Assembly (NCBI GenBank): GCA_964016885.1
Contig: OZ024746.1
Coordinates: 45,322,001-45,386,000 of the forward strand
DNA: 64,000 bases
Origin: Eledone cirrhosa
Lineage: Eukaryota
Reading direction: 5' to 3'
The position numbers and the translations under genes were made by a program. Positions 30,922-47,965 of the stretch are shown piece after piece. Each line of letters begins with the position of its first letter. Position 1 is the first letter of the stretch. A model generated the notes under the pieces. The model was not told the origin of the DNA, did no database searches, and saw only the letters and a list, made by a program, of their open reading frames with translations.

Positions 30922-31092
30922 GGTGGCTGCCAACTCGTTTTCGATATATATATATATATATATATATAATTGGATTGGCAGTATCGGTAGAGGGTCTGAC
31001 GCCATGCTTTGCAGCAAAGAGTTACACCCCTTTATGGTTTGAGTTCAAATCCCGCCGAGGTTAACTTTGCCTTTCATCCTAGTAGAAACAAT

Positions 31093-31131
<39 letters not shown>

Positions 31132-31151
31132 ATATATATATTAAATATATA

Positions 31152-31246
<95 letters not shown>

Positions 31247-31298
31247 TATATATCTATATATATATATATATATAATTATTATATATATATATATATAT

Positions 31299-31390
<92 letters not shown>

Positions 31391-33239
31391 TATATTAAAT
31401 AATATATTATTATATATATATATATATAAAAGTAATATATATGAGTAATATATATGTTGAAACAGATACCAACATATCTGTATTTATATTGCAAAAGAAA
31501 GTTAGCCAGACTGAAGAATATTAATTATTATACCACAGTTCGTCCACATCGATTTAAAATAATAATAATAATAAATCGACAAAAACTAGTTGTGCTGCCA
31601 AATGGCAATGATGTTTATACATATTTAAATTTCAAAGTCAAACCTGTCAGTAGATAAGTTTAAACCTCAAAATCCAAACATGTTTCGAGATGGATATAAG
31701 TGTAGGAATATCATGCCACTGCTCTCCTCAGTAAACATCCAGAGACAATTGATAAGCTTCACTTCTAAATAATTTAAAAGACTGTGTGACGCACATGGGT
31801 TCACAGATTCAGGCTAGTCTCATAACCGTACTGCTAGAAATAACAGTCGTATATATGAGGCGAATTTTAGCTCGACGAAGAGCCGTTATATTAAGTGTAA
31901 GGAATTCTTTTACAATGGAATTAGCTCGAAAGGAAATATTCCTGAGCCGTGTATAAAAGTAATATATATGAGTAATATATATGTTGAAACAGATACCAAC
32001 ATATCTGTATTTATATTGCAAAAGAAAGTTAGCCAGACTGAAGAATATTAATTATTATACCACAGTTCGTCCACATCGATTTAAAATAATAATAATAATA
32101 AATCGACAAAAACTAGTTGTGCTGCCAAATGGCAACTTTCTTTTGCAATATAAATACAGATATGTTGGTATCTGTTTCAACATATATATTACTCATATAT
32201 ATTACTTTTATACACGGCTCAGGAATATTTCCTTTCGAGCTAATTCCATTGTAAAAGAATTCCTTACACTTAATATAACGGCTCTTCGTCGAGCTAAAAT
32301 TCGCCTCATATATACGACTGTTATTTCTAGCAGTACGGTTATGAGACTTAGCCTGAATCTGTGAACCCATGGCGTCACACAGTCTTTTAAATTATTTAGA
32401 AGTGAAGCTTATCAATTGTCTCTGGATGTTTACTGAGGAGAGCAGTGGCATGATATTCCTACACTTATATGCCATCTCGAAACATGTTTGGATTTTGAGG
32501 TTTAAACTTATCTACTGAACAGGTTTGACTTTGAAGATTTAAATATGTATAAACATCATTGCCATTTGGCAGCACAACTAGTTTTTGTCGATTTATTATT
32601 ATTATTATTTTAAATCGATGTGGACGAACTGTGGTATAATAATTAATATTCTTCAGTCTGGCTAACTTTCTTTTGCAATATAAATACAGATATGTTGGTA
32701 TCTGTTTCAACATATATATTACTCATATATATTACTTTTATACACGGCTCTGGAATATTTCCTTTCGAGCTAATTCCATTGTATAAGAATTCCTTACACT
32801 TAATATAACGGCTCTTCGTCGAGCTAAAATTCGCCTCATATATACGACTGTTATTTCTAGCAGTACGGTTATGAGACTAGCCTGAATCTGTGAACCCATG
32901 TGCGTCACACAGTCTTTTAAATTATTTAGAAGTGAAGCTTATCAATTGTCTCTGGATGTTTACTGAGGAGAGCAGTGCATGATATTCCTACACTTATATC
33001 CATCTCGAAACATGTTTGGATTTTGAGGTTTAAACTTATCTACTGAACAGGTTTGACTTTGAAATTTAAATATGTATAAACATCATTGCCATTTGGCAGC
33101 ACAACTAGTTTTTTGTCGATTTATTATTATTATTATTTTAAATCGATGTGGACGAACTGTGGTATAATAATTAATATTCTTCAGTCTGGCTAACTTTCTT
33201 TTGCAATATAAATACAGATATGTTGGTATCTGTTTCAAC

Positions 33240-33439
33240 NNNNNNNNNNNNNNNNNNNNNNNNNNNNNNNNNNNNNNNNNNNNNNNNNNNNNNNNNNNNN
33301 NNNNNNNNNNNNNNNNNNNNNNNNNNNNNNNNNNNNNNNNNNNNNNNNNNNNNNNNNNNNNNNNNNNNNNNNNNNNNNNNNNNNNNNNNNNNNNNNNNNN
33401 NNNNNNNNNNNNNNNNNNNNNNNNNNNNNNNNNNNNNNN
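33240..33439. other. Assembly gap (200 N) inside the 528-bp array
   Basis: Run of N. Confidence 0.99.
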
Positions 33440-33922
33440 ATCCATCTCGAAACATGTTTGGATTTTGAGGTTTAAACTTATCTACTGAACAGGTTTGACT
33501 TTGAAATTTAAATATGTATAAACATCATTGCCATTTGGCAGCACAACTAGTTTTTGTCGATTTATTATTATTATTATTTTAAATCGATGTGGACGAACTG
33601 TGGTATAATAATTAATATTCTTCAGTCTGGCTAACTTTCTTTTGCAATATAAATACAGATATGTTGGTATCTGTTTCAACATATATATTACTCATATATA
33701 TTACTTTTATACACGGCTCAGGAATATTTCCTTTCGAGCTAATTCCATTGTAAAAGAATTCCTTACACTTAATATAACGGCTCTTCGTCGAGCTAAAATT
33801 CGCCTCATATATACGACTGTTATTTCTAGCAGTACGGTTATGAGACTAGCCTGAATCTGTGAACCCATGTGCGTCACACAGTCTTTTAAATTATTTAGAA
33901 GTGAAGCTTATCAATTGTCTCT

Positions 33923-33995
33923 GGATGTTTACTGAGGAGAGCAGTGGCATGATATTCCTACACTTATATCCATCTCGAAACATGTTTGGATTTTG
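33923..33995 (+). ncRNA. Type I hammerhead with extended stem II (family C, representative copy)
   Basis: GTTTA-CTGAGGA-GAG(CA)GTGG...CCAT-CTC-GAAA-C(AT)G-TT-TGGAT: palindromic ACATGT, stem I rich in G-U wobbles. Confidence 0.7.
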
Positions 33996-35912
33996 AGGTT
34001 TAAACTTATCTACTGAACAGGTTTGACTTTGAAATTTAAATATGTATAAACATCATTGCCATTTGGCAGCACAACTAGTTTTTGTCGATTTATTATTATT
34101 ATTATTTTAAATCGATGTGGACGAACTGTGGTATAATAATTAATATTCTTCAGTCTGGCTAACTTTCTTTTGCAATATAAATACAGATATGTTGGTATCT
34201 GTTTCAACATATATATTACTCATATATATTACTTTTATACACGGCTCAGGAATATTTCCTTTCGAGCTAATTCCATTGTAAAAGAATTCCTTACACTTAA
34301 TATAACGGCTCTTCGTCGAGCTAAAATTCGCCTCATATATACGACTGTTATTTCTAGCAGTACGGTTATGAGACTAGCCTGAATCTGTGAACCCATGTGC
34401 GTCACACAGTCTTTTAAATTATTTAGAAGTGAAGCTTATCAATTGTCTCTGGATGTTTACTGAGGAGAGCAGTGGCATGATATTCCTACACTTATATCCA
34501 TCTCGAAACATGTTTGGATTTTGAGGTTTAAACTTATCTACTGAACAGGTTTGACTTTGAAATTTAAATATGTATAAACATCATTGCCATTTGGCAGCAC
34601 AACTAGTTTTTGTCGATTTATTATTATTATTATTTTAAATCGATGTGGACGAACTGTGGTATAATAATTAATATTCTTCAGTCTGGCTAACTTTCTTTTG
34701 CAATATAAATACAGATATGTTGGTATCTGTTTCAACATATATATTACTCATATATATTACTTTTATACACGGCTCAGGAATATTTCCTTTCGAGCTAATT
34801 CCATTGTAAAAGAATTCCTTACACTTAATATAACGGCTCTTCGTCGAGCTAAAATTCGCCTCATATATACGACTGTTATTTCTAGCAGTACGGTTATGAG
34901 ACTAGCCTGAATCTGTGAACCCATGTGCGTCACACAGTCTTTTAAATTATTTAGAAGTGAAGCTTATCAATTGTCTCTGGATGTTTACTGAGGAGAGCAG
35001 TGGCATGATATTCCTACACTTATATCCATCTCGAAACATGTTTGGATTTTGAGGTTTAAACTTATCTACTGAACAGGTTTGACTTTGAAATTTAAATATG
35101 TATAAACATCATTGCCATTTGGCAGCACAACTAGTTTTTGTCGATTTATTATTATTATTATTTTAAATCGATGTGGACGAACTGTGGTATAATAATTAAT
35201 ATTCTTCAGTCTGGCTAACTTTCTTTTGCAATATAAATACAGATATGTTGGTATCTGTTTCAACATATATATTACTCATATATATTACTTTTATACACGG
35301 CTCAGGAATATTTCCTTTCGAGCTAATTCCATTGTAAAAGAATTCCTTACACTTAATATAACGGCTCTTCGTCGAGCTAAAATTCGCCTCATATATACGA
35401 CTGTTATTTCTAGCAGTACGGTTATGAGACTAGCCTGAATCTGTGAACCCATGTGCGTCACACAGTCTTTTAAATTATTTAGAAGTGAAGCTTATCAATT
35501 GTCTCTGGATGTTTACTGAGGAGAGCAGTGGCATGATATTCCTACACTTATATCCATCTCGAAACATGTTTGGATTTTGAGGTTTAAACTTATCTACTGA
35601 ACAGGTTTGACTTTGAAATTTAAATATGTATAAACATCATTGCCATTTGGCAGCACAACTAGTTTTTGTCGATTTATTATTATTATTATTTTAAATCGAT
35701 GTGGACGAACTGTGGTATAATAATTAATATTCTTCAGTCTGGCTAACTTTCTTTTGCAATATAAATACAGATATGTTGGTATCTGTTTCAACATATATAT
35801 TACTCATATATATTACTTTTATACACGGCTCAGGAATATTTCCTTTCGAGCTAATTCCATTGTAAAAGAATTCCTTACACTTAATATATATATATATATA
35901 TTATATATATAT

Positions 35913-35988
<76 letters not shown>

Positions 35989-36009
35989 ATTATATATATA
36001 TATATATAT

Positions 36010-36213
<204 letters not shown>

Positions 36214-36232
36214 ATTATATATATATATTATA

Positions 36233-36284
<52 letters not shown>

Positions 36285-36327
36285 ATATATATATATATAT
36301 TACATATATATATATATTACATATATA

Positions 36328-36401
<74 letters not shown>

Positions 36402-36430
36402 ATATATATGTTATATATATATATATATAT

Positions 36431-37026
36431 AAGTTGAAATAAAATGAAAACGAAATTTCATTTCTCACACTTAGTACGGCACTTACTTAAATGTAAGTAT
36501 GTGTGTATACGTACATACATATATGTATACAGTCGTACAGTAGCATGCATATATATGCATATATATATACATATATATATATACATACAGGTACACATAC
36601 ATATATGCACGTATCAGTTTAGCGGACGTTTATTATAACGCCGCTTTGTTCGTTTGTAAACAAACTGAACAGGCTGAATTTTTATGCCGTACGGTGTTAA
36701 GCAACCACGTCACCTTTTGTTCAACACTGACACAGGAACGATGTACTAGTTTCAAGCTTGTTAGCTATCATCAGCACCGTATACCCATCTGCCAGATAGT
36801 TGAACGTTCGAAAGTATATTCTTTCCTTATGAAAATTAACGGCTTGGCAGCCTAATTTGCATATCGAGTGAGCTAAGTCGGTCAGGCATACCGAAAACGA
36901 TACTGATACGTGCATATATGTATGTGTACCTGTATGTATATATATATATGTATATATATATATGTATATATATGCATGCTACTGTACGTCTGTATACATA
37001 TAAGTATGTACGTATACACACATACT

Positions 37027-37030
<4 letters not shown>
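36431..37030. mobile_element. Family A variant, head-to-head (junction ~36902)
   Basis: Homologous to the 466-bp unit; hammerhead at 36739-36779(-). Confidence 0.82.
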
Positions 37031-37115
<85 letters not shown>

Positions 37116-37320
37116 ATATATATTATATAATATATATATATATATTATATAATATATATATATATTATATATATATTATATAATATATATATATATATAT
37201 ATTATATAATATATATTTATATATTATATATATATATTATATAATATATATATAGTATACAATATATATAATATATATATATATTATATAATATATATAT
37301 ATTATATAATATATATATAT

Positions 37321-37351
<31 letters not shown>

Positions 37352-37420
37352 TTATGTAAGTATGTGTGTATACGTACATACATATATGTATACAGACGTA
37401 CAGTAGCATGCATATATATA

Positions 37421-37463
<43 letters not shown>

Positions 37464-37523
37464 GTTTTATATATATATTATAAATATATATATATATTAT
37501 ATATATATATTATATATATATAT

Positions 37524-37555
<32 letters not shown>

Positions 37556-37570
37556 ATTATATATATATAT

Positions 37571-37602
<32 letters not shown>

Positions 37603-37707
37603 ATAAATATATATTATATATATATATATATTATATATAAATATATATTATATATATATATATATTATATATATATATATTATATATAAATATATATTAT
37701 ATATATA

Positions 37708-37755
<48 letters not shown>

Positions 37756-37787
37756 TATATAAATATATATAATATATATATATATAG

Positions 37788-37862
<75 letters not shown>

Positions 37863-38061
37863 TAATATATATTTATATATAATATATATATAAATAAATC
37901 TATATATAAAATATATATATATAAATATATATATAATATATATATATATAAATATATATAATGTATATATATATAAATATATATAATATATATATATATA
38001 TAAATATATATATAATATATATATATATAAATATATATAATATATATATATATATATATAA

Positions 38062-38093
<32 letters not shown>

Positions 38094-38213
38094 ATATATA
38101 TATATATATAATATATATATATATAATATATATATATATATAATATATATATATATAATATATAATATATATATATAATATATATATATAATATATATAT
38201 ATATAAAATATAT

Positions 38214-38263
<50 letters not shown>

Positions 38264-38318
38264 ATATTAATATATATATAATATATATATATATAATATA
38301 TATATATATATAATATAT

Positions 38319-38391
<73 letters not shown>

Positions 38392-38407
38392 ATATTATAT
38401 ATATATA

Positions 38408-38466
<59 letters not shown>

Positions 38467-38621
38467 TATATATATATATATATATTATATATATATATAT
38501 ATTATGTATATAGATATATATATTATGTATATATATATATATTATATATTATATATACATATATATATTATATATATATTTATTATGTATATATATATAT
38601 AATATATATAATATATATATA

Positions 38622-38653
<32 letters not shown>

Positions 38654-38706
38654 CATAATATATATATATAAATAATATATATATATATAATATATATATT
38701 ATATAT

Positions 38707-38748
<42 letters not shown>

Positions 38749-38923
38749 TATATATATATTATATATATTATATATTATATATACATAATATATATATATA
38801 TAATATATATATGTATATATAATATATAATATATATATATATACATAATATATATATCTATATACATAATATATATATCTATATACATAATATATATATA
38901 TATATAATATATATATATATATA

Positions 38924-38999
<76 letters not shown>

Positions 39000-39035
39000 A
39001 TATATATATATAATATATATATATATATAATATAT

Positions 39036-39132
<97 letters not shown>

Positions 39133-39185
39133 ATATATTATATATATATATTATATATATATATATATTATATATATATATATAT

Positions 39186-39217
<32 letters not shown>

Positions 39218-39223
39218 TAATAT

Positions 39224-39273
<50 letters not shown>

Positions 39274-39353
39274 ATATATATTTTATATATATATATATAT
39301 ATTATATATTATATATATATTATATATTATATATATATATATTATATATATAT

Positions 39354-39484
<131 letters not shown>

Positions 39485-39499
39485 ATATTTATATATATT

Positions 39500-39531
<32 letters not shown>

Positions 39532-39559
39532 TTATATATATATATATATTATATACATA

Positions 39560-40030
39560 TTTATTTAAATAAGTGCCGTACTAAGAGTGAGAAATGAAAT
39601 TTCGTTTTCATTTTATTTCAACTTATCGTTTTCGGTATGCCTGACCGACTTAGCTCACTCGATATGCATATTAGGCTGCTCAGCCGTTAATTTTCATAAG
39701 GAAAGTATATACTTTCGAACGTTCAACTATCTGGCAGATGGGTATACGGTGCTGATAATAGCTAACAAGCTTGAAACTAGTACATCGTTCCTGTTTCAGT
39801 GTTGAACAAAAAGCTGACGTGGTTGCCTTAACACCGTACGGCATAAAAAATTCAGGCTGTTCAGTTTGTTTACAAACGAACAAAGCGGCGCTATAATAAG
39901 CGTCCGCTAAACTGATACGTGCATATATGTATGTGTACCTGTATGTATATATATATATGTATATATATATATATGTATATATATGCATGCTACTGTACGT
40001 CTGTATACATATATGTATGTACGTATTCAC
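39560..40030 (+). mobile_element. Family A monomer (hammerhead core mutated to CTGATAA, octamer mutated)
   Basis: Homologous to the family A unit; an opposed fragment lies at 37353-37413. Confidence 0.8.
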
Positions 40031-40059
40031 ATATATATATATTATATATATATATATAT

Positions 40060-40092
<33 letters not shown>

Positions 40093-40097
40093 AATAT

Positions 40098-40147
<50 letters not shown>

Positions 40148-40148
40148 A

Positions 40149-40234
<86 letters not shown>

Positions 40235-40259
40235 TATATATTATATATATATATTCATA

Positions 40260-40294
<35 letters not shown>

Positions 40295-40350
40295 ATTATA
40301 TATATATATATATATTATATATATATATATATATACATATATATATTATA

Positions 40351-40416
<66 letters not shown>

Positions 40417-40465
40417 TATATATATATATATATATTATATATATATATATATTATATATATATAT

Positions 40466-40566
<101 letters not shown>

Positions 40567-41242
40567 ATTATATATATATATATATTATATATATATATTA
40601 TATATATATGTTATATATATATATATATTATATATATATATATTATATATATATATATTATATATATATATATATTATATATATATATATTATATATATA
40701 TATATATTATATATATATATATTATATATATATATATTATATATATATATATATTATACATATATATATTATATATATATATATATTATATATATATATA
40801 TATATTATATATATATATATATATTATATATATATATATATATTATATATATTTATATATATATATATATATTATATATATTTATATATATATATATATT
40901 ATATATATTTATATATATATATATTATATATATATTTATATATATATATATATTATATATATTTATATATATATATATTATATATATTTATATATATATA
41001 TATATTATATATATTTATATATATATATATTATATATATATTTATATATATATATTTTATATATATATTTATTTATATATATATTATATATAAATATATA
41101 TTATATATATTATATATATATATATATATTATATATATTTTATATATATATATATTATATATATTTATATATATATATATTATATATATATTTATATATA
41201 TATATTATATATATATTTATTTATATATATATTATATATAAA

Positions 41243-43180
<1,938 letters not shown>

Positions 43181-43218
43181 TGTATATAAATATATATATT
43201 ATATATATATTATATATA

Positions 43219-43306
<88 letters not shown>

Positions 43307-43352
43307 TATATATATATATATATACATATATATTATATATATATATATATAT

Positions 43353-43413
<61 letters not shown>

Positions 43414-43436
43414 ATATATTATATATATATATATAT

Positions 43437-43468
<32 letters not shown>

Positions 43469-43600
43469 ATATATATATTATTTATATATATATATATATA
43501 TTATATATATATATATATATTATATATATATATATATATAATATATATATATATATAAATATATTTTATATATATATTATATATATATATATTATATATA

Positions 43601-43664
<64 letters not shown>

Positions 43665-43834
43665 ATATATATATTATTTATATATATATATATATATTAT
43701 ATATATATATATATATTATATATATATATATATATAATATATATATATATATAAATATATTTTATATATATATTATATATATATATATTATATATATATA
43801 TATTATATATATATATATATATTATATATATATA

Positions 43835-43879
<45 letters not shown>

Positions 43880-43883
43880 ATAT

Positions 43884-43914
<31 letters not shown>

Positions 43915-44023
43915 TATATATATATATTATATATATATATATATATTATATATATATATTATATATATATATTATATATATATATATATTATATATATAT
44001 TATATATATATATATTATATATA

Positions 44024-44063
<40 letters not shown>

Positions 44064-44129
44064 TATATAATATATATATAATATATATAATATATGTATA
44101 TTATATATATATATTATATATATATATAT

Positions 44130-44161
<32 letters not shown>

Positions 44162-44247
44162 ATATATTATATATATATATATATTAGATATATATATATA
44201 TATTTTATATATATATATATATTATATATATATATATATTATATATA

Positions 44248-44584
44248 TTGTTATACTTTGGTAGGGTCATGTTGCCAATAAGAAACACACGCACCAGTGG
44301 CTTTCACTTCAATTTATTATATATTTATAAATTTATAAATTTACAAATCTACAAACCTATAAATTTCTGGTTGGTTGGTTGGTTCCACAACCAGATAGTT
44401 TTTTATATATATAGTCATAGTCCTTTCGTCACACACTCTGTGACCTCTTCAGTGTCTGGGGATTCCTTTCTTCGTTTCTGTGCCTTTTCTTTTATTGGCA
44501 ACATGACCCTCACAAAGTATAACAATATCGGTTTCAACACACGATTTCAGATAAAGAATCTTGCTAAACAAATTCAGAAACGAT
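44248..44584. mobile_element. Family J Penelope 3'-end fragments, head-to-head
   Basis: Homologous to 50261-51156; hammerhead at 44413-44457(-); junction ~44490. Confidence 0.8.
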
Positions 44585-44588
44585 ATAT

Positions 44589-44621
<33 letters not shown>

Positions 44622-44739
44622 ATATATATATATATATAGATATATATATATATTATATATTATATATATATATATATTATATGTATATATATTATGTATA
44701 TATATATATTATATATATATATATTATATATATATATAT

Positions 44740-44773
<34 letters not shown>

Positions 44774-44949
44774 ATATTATATATATATATTTATTATATA
44801 TATATATATATTATATATATATATTTATTATATATATATATATATATTTTATATATATATATATATTATATATTATATATATATATATATATTATATATA
44901 TATATATATATCTATATTATATATATATATTATATATATATATTATATA

Positions 44950-45025
<76 letters not shown>

Positions 45026-45337
45026 ATATTATATATATATATATCATGTATATATTGTATATATATATATATTATATATATATATATCATGTATATATTA
45101 TATATATATATATTATATATATATATATTATATATATATATATTATATATATATTATATATATATATATATTATATATATATTATATATATATTAAATAT
45201 ATATATATTATATATATATTATATATATATATATATAATTATTTCTACTATTGGCACAAGGCCAGCAATAACCCAATACATTACTGGTACTTTATTTTAT
45301 ATAATATATATATAATATATATATATATAATACATAA

Positions 45338-46888
45338 TATATAAGATCAAAAGATGGTTAAATGAGTTCCATGTATTTTATTATGCGCAATTCAAATACA
45401 AATATCATCACGCAATAACATTTGTGTTTTCCTCAGATAAAATAGGAGGAGATGATATGAAGGTTAAAAAACACTTGTGGATAGTGCAGTTTTAAATCAA
45501 CATATGAAAATTAGTTTTCGATTGATGTGTGATATTGGGAAAAAAATGTTGAGGGGGGAGGATGAAAAAGAGGAGGAGATGAGAGTAAAAAGTGGAGGGG
45601 GAGGAGTATAGTGAGGAAGGATGAGATAGGAGGAGAGATGGGTGATAGAGAGAGTGAGATAGCTTTCATAATTGAGAAAAATATATTGTTTTACATAGAG
45701 AGGTTGAAAAAACCGTTGGAAGATAATGTATAAATTAAAAGAATTTGAAAATTAACGAAGAGAAAAATAATGTAAAGTTAAGGTTTGTATATTGAAGGGT
45801 TTAATAATATGTGCGATGAAAAGAAATTGTTAATATGTATTAAGAATAATATTTAAGGGTTTAATAATATGTGCGATGGAAAGAAAATGTTAATAAGTAT
45901 TAAGAATAATATTTAAGGGTTTAATAATATGTGCGATGGAAAGAAAATGTTGATATGTATTATTAAAAAAACAGAAGTAATGTAAGTAAGGTTATATTGT
46001 GAGATGAGCATGAATAAGTTAGATGAAAGGGAGAAAAAAATAATGAATAGAGGATGAATAATCTAACGTCAAAAAATGTTTATGTTTACGAAGGATTTTT
46101 CAAGGTGATATGAAGTAAGAATATGGTGTATTGTGTGATAATTGTTTCTATGTTTACGAAGGATTTTTTCAAGGTGATATGAAGTAAGAATATGGTGTAT
46201 TGTGTGATAATTGTTTCTATGTTAGGCACAGTGAGAAAAGGTACAGATTAGGGGTTAGAAATTAGGAGTGATGTAGAATATAATATATATAATAAATAAC
46301 TTTGAAATAAGGTAGAAAGATGGGTATATTTTTAAAGAAGTATATATATATATATATGTGCCTTTGAGAAAAGGATTCTGAATTGATAAAGTTTATCATA
46401 TTAGCTGTATACTTTATGGAAAGTTCTGTGGAATTTATGCAAGCAGATAGAAAACAAGTCAGTGCGTCTATTTATTATAGAATCTAAATTAGAAATAATG
46501 GTAAATTTTTCATTTAGACAGAGATTGCAAGTCTTAGATAGAGAACTGTTCAAGTATAAAGAAGCAGAGGAAACCTTTTTCCAAGAGATGTTATATTTAA
46601 TACTTTTGTCTTTCAAGGACCATATGAGTTCTGAGAGAGCCGTGTTGGTTCTGTTAAGTTTATATTTAAAAGACGAATGGTGATTATAAAGACGAGACTT
46701 AAAGGGGGTGTAAGTGGAGCCAAAATAGGTGAAGGAATTGGTGTCAGTTATAACTTTACATTCGTAAATTAAGTTTTTATCAAGACAATGGTTGTTGAGA
46801 GGACATATATTTTTAGCAGGGCAATTGCAATTGCGATTAGAGAGATTATTAATGAGTGACCTAGTGTTATCTACTCACCTCCTACATA
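45338..46888 (-). mobile_element. 5'-truncated Penelope-like element, family P4 (GIY-YIG domain + 3' UTR)
   Basis: CNC..CPLNNHC..LIYEC..YFGS..CNLCLNEK..ICLHKFHRTFHKVYS, homologous to 56714-58540. Hammerhead at 45375-45443 with a GAAA>GAAT change. Internal 60-bp and ~68-bp tandem duplications. Confidence 0.88.
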
Positions 46889-47062
46889 TATAATATATAT
46901 ATATATATATTATATATATATATATTATATATATATAATATATATATATATTATATATATATAATATATATATATATATTATATATATATAATATATATA
47001 TATATATTATATATATCATATTGGCAACATGACCCTCCCAAAGTATAACAATATATTATATA

Positions 47063-47102
<40 letters not shown>

Positions 47103-47187
47103 TTATATATATATAATATATATATATATTATATATATATATATTATATATATATATTATATATATATATATTATATATATATATAT

Positions 47188-47221
<34 letters not shown>

Positions 47222-47225
47222 ATAT

Positions 47226-47256
<31 letters not shown>

Positions 47257-47273
47257 ATATATTATATATATAT

Positions 47274-47305
<32 letters not shown>

Positions 47306-47314
47306 ATATTATAT

Positions 47315-47935
47315 CCTTCTCTTCTCTACTTTTTCCCGACCACACCTTGAATACTGTTGTCCACTGTGGTCTCCCCACACGAAACAAAGTATCATGAAAC
47401 TTGAAGCTCCTCAAAGGGCAATCACGAAAAAGATAGTTGGCATGTCAGACCTTGACTACTGGGGTCGATTAGAAAACCTGATACTTTACTCACTCCAACG
47501 TCGCCGTGAGCGTTATATTATCTGCATGATGTGGAAAATGTTCCATCATCACTGCCCAAATGATGTTGGCATCGCCTTCAAGATACACCCAAGGCTTGGG
47601 CCCCGTGCTATCCGTCCCATACAAAAATCTAAATCGCAACTCATAACAACAATACGGCACAATTATTTCACCTCAATCGGCCCTGCTCTCTTCAACATCA
47701 CACCAGGACACGTCAAAACAGAAACTGACCACACAAAATTCAAGAAATCTTTGGACAAATTCCTCCAAGTAATCCCGGACAAACCACCCACACCCGGATA
47801 TGTCTCCGCAAACAGTAATTCTCTTCTCGAATGGGCCATGGTGTCCAAATCCTGAATTGAAAGACTTCGCCAGGTGGTGCTATTAAGTTAGACATGGCCT
47901 GGGCCAATACTGGCCAAAACATTTCAAAGTTATAT
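47315..47935 (+). mobile_element. 3' fragment of a CR1/L2-group LINE
   Basis: RPHLEYCCPLWSPH..KLEAPQRAITKKI..YWGRLENL.LYSLQRRRERY..FKKSLDKFL, followed by a short 3' UTR. Confidence 0.82.
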
Positions 47936-47965
47936 TATGTATATATATATATATATATATTATAT

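Larger units (their letters stand above)
31427..35888. mobile_element. Family C hammerhead satellite (528-bp unit): ~1.3 units on - joined at ~32134 to a + array of at least ~6.7 units spanning the gap
   Basis: Exact period 528 (33440, 33968, 34496, 35024, 35552) with near-identical units. CTGAGGA core at 32433, 32963, 33932, 34460, 34988 and 35516, and inverted at 31725-31731. Confidence 0.9.

Noticed and set aside
31454-35794. Repeated 66-70-aa ORFs in the 528-bp unit and a 112-aa ORF in the 466-bp unit
   Set aside because: No recognisable domain; they recur only because the unit repeats, and frames break in variant copies.
31427-35888. CRISPR-like array, or sgRNA-like GCTAGAAATAAC
   Set aside because: Units are fully identical with no unique spacers, there are no cas genes, the context is eukaryotic, and the short match is chance.
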